Translations under genes and position numbers: made by a program
Origin: Lama guanicoe
Lineage: Eukaryota
DNA length: 64,000 nucleotides
Direction: 5' to 3'
NCBI GenBank assembly: GCA_013239625.1
Contig: MU053482.1
Span: 719,168-783,167 of the forward strand
Part shown: positions 25,705 to 35,533 of the stretch, in pieces
How positions within the stretch are numbered: the stretch's first letter is position 1
How the letters are laid out: every line of letters starts with the position of its first letter
Notes under the pieces: generated by a model
What the model was told of the DNA's origin: nothing
Databases searched by the model: none
What the model saw: the letters and a program-made list of their open reading frames with translations, nothing else

Positions 25705-27429
25705 CTTCTATAACAAATACTCTGAAAATCCTCCACCAAATAGCTCAGGGGAAAAAAGAACAAAGGTGAAGCTCTTCAATAGATGACCACCAACAATACC
25801 TCCAGTTGAATCCAAAGAAAGAGAAGCAAGGGAATTCTGGTTCAAGACGGCGAAGTTGGAGGATCCTGAACTTGCCTCCTGCCGCAGATGCGCTGAATCT
25901 ACAGCTGCGTATGGAACAGTTTCCCCTGAGAGAAACCCAAAAACTAGATCAGCAACCCCTATACATCGAGAGAATGAGGAAAAACAAGCTAGGAGAGGCT
26001 TAGACACAATCTTGCCATAAACCCATCCCCAGCACGGCAACCCACAATCAGGAGAGAACCCCCAACCCCAAGCTTCTCCCTAAGGAGTGATGGGTTTAAA
26101 CCCACACCTGCCACCTTAATTTTAAGACCTGCACCTGAGAGACAAGCCCCCAAAACATCTAGTTTTGAAAGCCAACAGGGCTTGTGTCCATGAGACCCAC
26201 AAGGCTGTAGCAATCTGAGAAAGAGTTTAAAAGCACCAGTGCAGAAGCACTCATCCCAAGGCCCGACACAGAAAAGTACTCAGAATTTGTGTGAAATAGG
26301 CCTATTTGCTTAACTAAAGCATCACCCCGAGGGGCAGGCATCTAATTTAACACACATCTAAGGACCTAATGAAATACTCTACAAAGACTGAGACCAGCGG
26401 GAAATGAGTAATAGTCATTTTACAATGTTGTGTCAAATTCCAGTGTAGAGCACAATTTTTCAGTTATACATAAACATACATTTATTCATGCATACATATT
26501 ATTTTAAAGTGTTATAACTTCAAAAATAAAATACTGAGAGATTAAATTTATTTCCAAAGTTAGAAATAAATTTTAGAAAAGTATCAGTACTTGAAAAAAT
26601 TTAAATCTTTACAGGAGAAAATATTGGCTTATCAAATATATTTTTAGAGAAAATAGATGGAATGTTAAAAAAAGAAAGATGAAAAAGATGATGAAGCTAC
26701 CAGTTTCAACAGAAGGTAGCACAGATACAGTACTGATGTAACAACATTTTCTACCTCTCAGTAAAACCAAACTGAAGAATTTCAGTAACAACAATAACAG
26801 TGAAACAAAGTCAAGAATCTGTTACAGATGAATGTGCTTTTTGCCAATCCAGCTACATGGCTGTATTATCTGAATATTAGATAATAGGACATTTGTTGAA
26901 AAGTACCCATTTCAGTTAAGAAATTTTAACCTTCCAGAAGATAATGCAGAGAGTGGGACATGTTGTATTACAGTTTACAGTTCTTTTCTCTATAGAACAA
27001 TTATATATCCCTGCACTGCTGGGCTCTAACTTGACCACATGACTTACTATACCTCTCCTCTGTGCAAGAATTTTCCATCTCTTTTGGCTAGATTAAGATT
27101 TGGCCATGTGACTTCCTTTGGTCCATGAAATATGGATGGAAGTGTGTGCTCTTTCAGTGCTGAAGCTTTAACAGCCATTCTGTGGTTTGCCACCTCTGCA
27201 CTCTTCCTCAGCCCTGAGGCAGTGTTCCATATAAAGGATGCTCCATTTGCCTGGGTCTTCCTGTGAAGAAAACATGGAGAAACACTGCACTAAAGCCACA
27301 CTGAAAAATGCTGCATAAGTAAAATATAAACCATTGTTGACGAAAGCCACTGAGATTTTGCTGGATGAAGTACACCACAATCTATACTATCTCTGCTATC
27401 CTGACTTACAGCTGGATGTGGGATATTTG

Positions 27430-27883
27430 TGTAGACAAAAAAAAAGTCGCCTGACATTTCAATAAAGAATGGATGTTGCCCACCATCAAGCCATCAGTCA
27501 CTGCAGCCCCCTGATGGTTCCCCCTGAGGGAAATTCAGGAGCAAGAAACACAGGACACTGGCCCTAGTTGGTTAAGATGCACATCAAAGGAATAAGTTCA
27601 ATGAGCTCAGGCTCTTGCATCTTCCCATACATAGAAAAGCGCTAAAATCATTAACTTGAGATGTCTATTTTTGTGATTAGCAGTAATCTTTTGATGTTCA
27701 TTCAACTACATAGTTTTCTTTTGCTTTCAGCAAAACCGCCTATTATCCTGGCTCCCCTCTGGCCTCTTTGGAACTGTTCCTCCGAGCTATCTGAAAGGCT
27801 GCATCTGGGCTAGAGTTCTCAGTAAGGTCACTGAATAAAACATAATCTTAACTTTTAGGTTGTGCATTTTTTTTCAGTTGACA
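27430..27883 (+). mobile_element. Solo ERV LTR (tandem-duplicated copy)
   Basis: Same sequence as 25251-25704 at offset 2179. Confidence 0.7.
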
Positions 27884-29830
27884 CTTCTATAACAAATACT
27901 CTGAAAATCCTCCACCAAATAGCTCAGGGGAAAAAAGAACAAAGGTGAAGCTCTTCAATAGATGACCACCAACAATACCTCCAGTTGAATCCAAAGAAAG
28001 AGAAGCAAGGGAATTCTGGTTCAAGACGGCGAAGTTGGAGGATCCTGAACTTGCCTCCTGCCGCAGATGCGCTGAATCTACAGCTGCGTATGGAACAGTT
28101 TCCCCTGAGAGAAACCCAAAAACTAGATCAGCAACCCCTATACATCGAGAGAATGAGGAAAAACAAGCTAGGAGAGGCTTAGACACAATCTTGCCATAAA
28201 CCCATCCCCAGCACGGCAACCCACAATCAGGAGAGAACCCCCAACCCCAAGCTTCTCCCTAAGGAGTGATGGGTTTAAACCCACACCTGCCACCTTAATT
28301 TTAAGACCTGCACCTGAGAGACAAGCCCCCAAAACATCTAGTTTTGAAAGCCAACAGGGCTTGTGTCCATGAGACCCACAAGGCTGTAGCAATCTGAGAA
28401 AGAGTTTAAAAGCACCAGTGCAGAAGCACTCATCCCAAGGCCCGACACAGAAAAGTACTCAGAATTTGTGTGAAATAGGCCTATTTGCTTAACTAAAGCA
28501 TCACCCCGAGGGGCAGGCATCTAATTTAACACACATCTAAGGACCTAATGAAATACTCTACAAAGACTGAGACCAGCGGGCGCCTGCCTCACTCCAGCTT
28601 ACTGGTATCTCTTGGAAAGGAGCTAGTGCACTTGTCTGGTACCCCACTTTTTGTAGCTGTCACCCAGGGGACACTTCTTGATCACCTGGTTCTGGTGGCC
28701 AGCAAAGATTATACTCACAAGTCCCATAGGACTATGACAAATGGAGAAAGAGCTACACCCCAGGGCACAGTGGAAAGGCACTGGATTGTGGTGCCAGTCG
28801 TTCTGTAAACGAGGTCTGTTATATTATCTTCATAAAGTGCAGGAGAGGGCCAGGTTTCTTAGTAAACTCACAGAGAAAGGCTCATTGTAATCGTCTCCAG
28901 AGACCTCAGAGGGTAGGCACTATCTTCGAGCTCTTCCTCTGCTGCCCTCCAGATCACCAGTATCTCCCAGAAGGGAGCTTATGCAAATGTTTGGTGCCCG
29001 GGTTTATGTGGCTGCTGCCCAGGAGATGTCCGTTGATTTCCTGGCTCTGGTGGCCAGTGGGGTTTAGGTTCATGGGTTCCATAGGACTATTATATGCAGA
29101 GAAACAGTTATTAACCAGCTATACCCCAGGGCACAGAGAGGCAACAGACAAAGGCATTCAGTCTTTCTGTGAAAGAGTCCTGTTAGCTTACCTTAAAGCT
29201 TCAACCTGAAGGTCAGGCTTCTAATTAAATACACTTTAAGAGCCAAATGTGATCCTCTTCAGAGACCATGGAAGGCGGCCGCTTTCCTCACATCCTCTAT
29301 CCATCACCAGTGGGCTCCAGGTCACCAGTGTCTCCTGGAAAGGAGTTTGTGCACATCTGGTGCACCAGTTGCTGTGGCTCCCACCCAGGGGATGCCCTTG
29401 GATCGCCTGGCTCTGGTGGACAGTGGTTCTTATGTTTGTGGGTCCTGTAGGACTAGAAAAAATAGAGAAACATTTCTTAATTGGTTCCTGCCCCCAGGGC
29501 ACAACACAGAGACAGCGGGCTGAAATGCACCCCTGTCCTGTGAAAGAAACCTACAAACTTATCTTCATTGCTGTGGCTTAAGGGATGGGCTTCTAGTTAG
29601 ACACACATTGAAGGGCTGACTAGAGTCCTCTTCAGAGCTTGAGGGAGCTAGTCAGTGCTATCTGCCTTCTCCCTCTGCCCCTCTCCAGGCCATCTGTGTC
29701 TTTGAGAAAAGAGCTTGTATACACACCTGGCACACTGACTTTTGTGACCGCCACCCAGAGGACACATCCCTCGATAGCCTGGCTCTGGTGGCCAGCGAGA
29801 TTTGTGTTCATGGGTTCAATGGGGTGATAG

Positions 29831-30280
29831 TTTTGGATGAAAAATGTTGTCTGCCATGTCAGTAAACAAAAGATGTTGCAACCATCAAGCCAGCAGGCAC
29901 TGCAGCCCCCTCCCCCACCCCAGCTGTGTCCCCTGAGGGGACTCAGGATAGAAAAGAACAGGATACTGGCCCTACATAGCTAAGGTGAATATCAAGGAAA
30001 TGATTTCAGTGAGCCCAGAATCTAGCATCTTCCCATACAATTTAAATTCATTAAATTGAGATGTCTGTTTGCTTTAATTAATGGCAATCTTTTGATGTCC
30101 CAACTACCTGGTCTTTGTTGCAAAACTCCTATATATCCTGGCTCCTCCCTTACCTCTCCAGAGAAGTTCCTCAGAACTACCTGCAAGGCTGTCTTCGGGG
30201 CTTAGGTCCTCAGTTTTGTCCATCAAATAAAACATTATTCTTAGCTTTTAGGTTGTGCCTTTTTTTTTTTTAAGTAAACC
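29831..30280 (+). mobile_element. Solo ERV LTR nested in the L1 5'UTR
   Basis: Colinear diverged homology with 25251-25704 (gatgttgc..accatcaagcc, ccctgaggg, tcttcccataca, tatcctggctcc, aataaaacat, cttttaggttgtgc). Confidence 0.7.
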
Positions 30281-31973
30281 GTTCTGAATTTGTTATCACC
30301 CCAAAACTCAATGCAGATAAAAATGCTCATTAGGTCTTCCCTTGAAAGAAGTATATTTGAATAATTTAAAAGTTGCTGCCTATGGGTCTGACTTGCAATT
30401 AACCTGACTCTAGGTGCTAATAGGGATCTCCTCTTTGGGACACTGATGGCTCTTGGCATATCCTCAACTACAGGGAGCCCACTGACAATCATACTGGCTG
30501 CTTGGACAATCACAAAGGCTTGAGAGACAACCAAGAGCTAGGGCAGCATTGAACAATAAGTTTTATCTCCTACACGAGGCCACTCCTTCAAGACTGAGGG
30601 AGGTGGCCGTTTTATCTAATGTATAGAAATCCACACAGAGTCAAGGAAAATGAAGAAACAGAAGAATATGTTCTGAATGAAGAATAAGATAAAGCTTCAG
30701 AAAAAGACCTTATGAAATGGAAGTAAGTGATTTGCCTGATAAAGTTAAAAATAATGGTCCTATAGACATTCACTGAGAACAATGGATGAACAAAGTGAAA
30801 ATTTAAACCAAGAGATAGAGATTATAAGAAAGTAACAAATAGAAGTCACAGAACTGAAGAACACAATAATCAAAGTAGAAAATATACTAGAGGGGTTCAA
30901 AAGCAGATCAGATGAAGTATAAGAAAGGGTCAGTGAACTCAGAGCAGCAGAAAGAAAAGAGAATAAAAAAGAATGAAGATAACTTAAAGGACTTAAAGAC
31001 ATCAAGCAGAATAGCATTTGCATTATAAGGATCCCAGAAGGAGAGAGAGAGATGAATGCAATGAGACAAAGAAGGTCATCACATAATGATAAAGGGGTCA
31101 ATCCAACATTTGTAACTATTTATGCACCCAACTAGGAGTACTCAAATCTATAAAGCAAATACTAAAGGACCTTAAGAGAAATATAAACAGCAATACAATA
31201 ATAGTAGGGGACTTTAATAACTTTAATTTCATCAATGGATAGATCATCCAGGTAGAAAATCAATAGGGAATCTGGGCCTTAAATGATATGTTAGACCAAA
31301 TAGACTTACACAAATATGGAACATTCCATCCAAAAGCAATAGGATACACATTCTTCTCAAGGGCACATGGAACATTCTCCAGGATACTTCATGTGTTAGG
31401 GCATGAAACAAGTCTTAATAAATTTAATAAGATTGAGATCTTATCAAGCATCTTTTCTGACCATAATGGTATGAAACTAGAAACCAATTACAAAAGGAAA
31501 ACTGGACAATTCACAAATATGTGGAAATTAAACACCATGATACTGAACAACCATTGGGTCAAAAAAGAAATTAAGATAAATAAAAAAAATGCCTAGAGAC
31601 AAATGGAAATGGAAATACAACATAGAAAAAACTTATGGAATGCAGCAAAAGAAGTTCTAAGTGGGAAGTTCATAGCAATACATGGCTATGTGAAGAAACA
31701 AGAAAGACCTCAACTAACTAAACAACCTAACTTTACACCTCAAAGATCTGGAAAAAGAACAAATAAAGCCCAAAGTTAGAAGAAAGGAAATAACAAAGAT
31801 CAAAGTGGAAATAAATGAAATACAGAAAAATAGACAATAGAAAAGATCGAAGAAACTAAGACTTGGTTTCCTGAAAAGATAAATTAAACTGGTAAACCTT
31901 TAGCTAGACTCACCAATAACAAAGAGAGAGGCCTCCGATAGATAAAATCAGAAATGAAAGAGATGTTACAATT

Positions 31974-32877
31974 TTTTAACATTTTTTATTGATTTATAAT
32001 CATTTTACAATGTTGTGTCAAATTCCAGTGTAGAGCACAATTTTTCAGTTATACATGAACATATATATATTCATTGTCACATTTTTTTCTCTGTGAGATA
32101 CCATAAGATCTTGTATATATTTCCCTGTGCTATACAGTATAATCTTGTTTATCTACTCTACAATTTTGAAATCCCATTCATCCCTTCCCACCCCCCGGCC
32201 CCTTGGCAACCACAAGTTTGTATTCTATGTCTATGAGTCTATTTCTGTTTTGTATTTATGCTTTGTTTGTTTGTTTTTAGATTCCACATATGAGTGATCT
32301 CATATGGTGTTTTTCTTTCTTTTTCTGGCTTACTTCACTTAGAATGACATTCTCCAGGAGCATCCATGTTGCTGCAAATGGCATTATGTTGTCAGTTTTT
32401 ATGGCTGAATAGTATTCCATTGTATAAATATACCACTTCTTCTTTATCCAGTCATCTGTTGATGGACATTTAGACAGTTTGCATGTCTTGGCTATTGTAA
32501 ATAGTGCTGCTATGAACATTGGGGTGCAGGTGTTATTTTGGAGTAGGGTTCCTTCTGAATATATGCCCAGGAGTGGAATTCCTGGGTCACATGGTAAGTC
32601 TATTCCTTGTCTTTTGAGGAATCTCCATACTGTTTTCCACAGTGGCTGCACCAAACTGCATTCCCACCAGCAGTGTAGGAGGGTTCCTCTTTCTCCACAG
32701 CCTCTCCAGCATTTGTCATTTGTGGATTTTTGAATGATGGCCATTCTGACTGGTGTGAGGTGATACCTCATCATAGTTTTGATTTGCATTTCTCTGATAA
32801 TTAGTGATATTGAGCATTTTTTCATATGCCTATTGATCATTTGTATGTCTTCCTTGGAGAATTTCTTGTTAGGTCTT
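31974..32877 (-). mobile_element. Young L1 3' end nested in the older L1
   Basis: Perfect 15-bp TSD AGAGATGTTACAATT at 31959-31973 and 32878-32892. Uninterrupted ORF2 C-terminus with the CCHC motif ([18 protein letters not shown]). Confidence 0.92.
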
Positions 32878-34640
32878 AGAGATGTTACAATTGATACCAC
32901 AGAAATACAGAAAATGGAGGCGACTACTACAAACAGTAATGTGCCAACAAATGGGACAACCCAGAAAAAATGGATAAATTTCTAGAAACATACAATCTAC
33001 CAAGACTGAGTCATGAAAATACAGACCAATTACCAGCAAAGAGATTCGATCAGTAATCAAAAAGCTCTCAAAATACAAAGTCCAAGACCAGATGGCTTCA
33101 CAGGTGAATTCTATCAAACATTTAAAAAAGAATCAATACCAATCCTTCTCAACCCCTTTCAAAATATATGAGGAGGGCACACTTCCCAATTCATTATGTA
33201 AGATCAGTATTATCCTGACCAAAAAAACAGAAAAGAAAAAACTTGTGGATAAGGACAAGAGAGGTAAAAATTGATTGTACAGTAAAAAAAAGAATGGTCA
33301 AATCATTCAGAACTTCTTTATGACCATGTTAGATTTTGGATAGCAATCTAAATGCAGTGGGCAGCCACTGAAGCATATTAAGCAAGGGCAATTATTTTTA
33401 AAAAGACAACTATGTCTACTGGGTAGATAATTTATTGTAGGTGGCAAGAAGGTAAAGAGGGAGACTAGTATAGGGATGGCAGCAGATCGGGTGAGAGGTA
33501 ATGATGGTTTAGTTCTGGAAAAGTGTCAAAGATTTACTCATAGTTGTGGCAAAAGCAACCACGTTGATAGAGGTACATTTTATTGAGATGGAAAAGTAAG
33601 GAGGATGGACATATAATGACTGTAGACACATAGTAGCAAGAGAGAGGTCACAAATTCAGTTTCCAGTTTCTCAAAGAGAAGACAGTGTAGTGTATCTTTA
33701 AAGTAATGTAACAAATACTAAAGGATTCGGTAACACCACAGTAACATTTACTGAACCCAACTCATCCAAGTGCTGGAACTCTCAGCCCAGTGGGGAGCAG
33801 AAACACAAACATTAGGGCTTTGGGTAACAATATACCCATAGGGGTTAGAAGTAAGAAGTGTAAGAAGGAATGGAGGCCAAGGTTTAAGACTGAAGGTGAG
33901 ATGAGCATTCCAAGACAAATAAGTCATAAGTGCACAGAGTAGAGGAGCAGGTCTTCATAATGTGTAAGAGCGTAAACTCTAAAGCCGAAGTGCCTGGATT
34001 GTAATCCTGCCTCTCTCTGAATAGCTGTAAGACATTGGACCAGTTACACAGCAGATCTTGACTGTCATCTATAAAATGCAGGCCATCACAGCACCTATTT
34101 CATTGCATTGTTTTATTGAATTAATGTATGTAAAACACTGTTGGGCACATCAGAAGCAGCATAGAAATGTTAATTATGATGATGTAATCGTGATAATGAC
34201 GATGGTAATTGTCGTGGTAATAATGATGAAAGTGGTAACAGGAGAGAGAAGTCTGGAGGGGATGAGGGTGGGAGATAGACAGGAGTCCAATATTCAAGAG
34301 TCTTCTATGCTAGGATTTTGAATCTTGTTTTGTGAACTTTGGAAACTTTGTCTGGGCAGTAGTGCAAAGAACAGGTGGCAAAGGGATAAAGCCTGTGGGA
34401 TGGAGACCAGTCAAAAGGCTTACACAATTGTTTACGGGCCGCAAGCTCAGTGCAACACAAAATTACTTCTTAAACTGAGAATTTGGAGTCCTCCATTAAA
34501 ACAGGCCCACAGAGGAGGCAGTAAGCAGAGCTGAGAGCTCAGAGACAATCACTGCTGCTCCGGATGACACCCACTCCCGGAAGCCTGCAGGTCAGCAGGG
34601 ACTTGAGCTTCTGAGCTGGCCTGCTTGCTGCCAACGTGAG

Positions 34641-34860
34641 CTCATTAGGTGTGGCTCTGCAGCCTGAGTGCAGTAGCCCTCTGCCCAGAGCTGGGCCTGC
34701 CTGCTCACCCAAGCTCTCCCGCCAGGCCCCACGAGAGGCCACTGGGAGCCTCCCTCAGCTGTGCTCCCTGAGCAGCAGTGTGTCTCATTAACAACTTTTT
34801 AATGAGGTCACAGCCTCTGAATGCTCATTATAGGCTGGTTAGTCTGCAAGCCCAGGGGTG
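34641..34860 (+). promoter_or_regulatory. P-element/P3-promoter-like OR choice element, copy 1
   Basis: Exact 13-mer AACTTTTTAATGA at 34793-34805. Further homeodomain sites CTCATTA at 34641, 34784 and 34824. O/E-like GCCCAGGGG at 34850-34858. Confidence 0.8.
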
Positions 34861-35268
34861 GAAGAGACTGAGGATGGAAGCCGGTGAGGGCAGAGCTCAG
34901 CCTGCGCAGAGCTGCAGGAGAGGGAGAGAGACCTCGCCCCCTTAGCGGAGATTCCCAGGCTTTTTCTCTTGGGTCTCGGGGGCCCTTCGAGCTCTCAGAG
35001 ACTGTGATTTTGCAGATTGAGATCTTGAAGGACCAGGGCCTTGGCTGGGAGGAATTAACAGAGTCCAGTGATGCAAGGCTTTGACCAGCTCTTGGTCCAG
35101 AGAGATTCTTAAGGAAATCAAATGCCCTTCAGATTTTCTCTGATGCTTGTGTACGAGGAATTTTGCTCTTGAAACTTTTTATCATCTTGCCTTCTGTAGT
35201 CATGGATTCCTTGCTGTTCCCCCAGCATGTCCAAGGGTAGATCTTTGTGTTATTTTCTAAGTCTTTTT

Positions 35269-35533
35269 AATTTTATTTTATTTTATTGAGTTATAGTCAG
35301 TTTACAATGTTGTGTCAATTTCCAGTGTAGAGCACGATTTTTCAGTTATACATGAACATACATATATTCATCGTCACATACTTTTTCTCTGTGAGCTACC
35401 ACAGGATCTTGTATATATTTCCCTGTGCTATACAGTATAATCTTGTTTATCTATTCTATATATGCCTGTCAGTATCTACAAATTTTGAACTCCCAGTCTA
35501 TCCCTTCCCAACACCCTTCCCCTTGGCAACCAC
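35269..35533 (-). mobile_element. L1 3' end present only in duplicon 1
   Basis: TSD AAGTC(T/C)TTTT at 35259-35268 and 35534-35543. The empty site ttctaagtccttttaaac is visible at ~54301-54318. Confidence 0.85.

Larger units (their letters stand above)
24222..28580. repeat. Near-perfect direct tandem duplication, 2 x ~2.18 kb
   Basis: Unit 1 is 24222-26401, AAA spacer 26402-26404, unit 2 is 26405-28580. Identical ORFs recur at offset 2179 (24989/27168, 25708/27887, 26159/28338). Confidence 0.95.
28010..33240 (+). mobile_element. Old L1 with 5'UTR, ORF1 remnant and ORF2 N-terminal part; internally deleted, with nested insertions
   Basis: L1-type 5' start ggaattctggttcaagacggcgaag (also at ~25831 in the duplicate). 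ORF1-like A-rich tract at ~30650-31050. ORF2 EN peptide YTFFSRAHGTFSRI...SDHNGMKLE at 31288-31596. Later ORF2 (ccagatggcttcacaggtgaattcta) at ~33090. Confidence 0.85.

Noticed and set aside
32277..32900. 207-aa ORF as a host gene
   Set aside because: It is the C-terminus of L1 ORF2 inside a TSD-flanked truncated insertion.
34884..35084. Identical 66-aa ORF at 34884 and 53930, and other paired ORFs at 40876/58848 and 41052/59024
   Set aside because: The identity reflects DNA-level identity of the islands. The 66-aa pair starts at GTG, none has a recognisable domain, and there is no synonymous-site evidence of coding.
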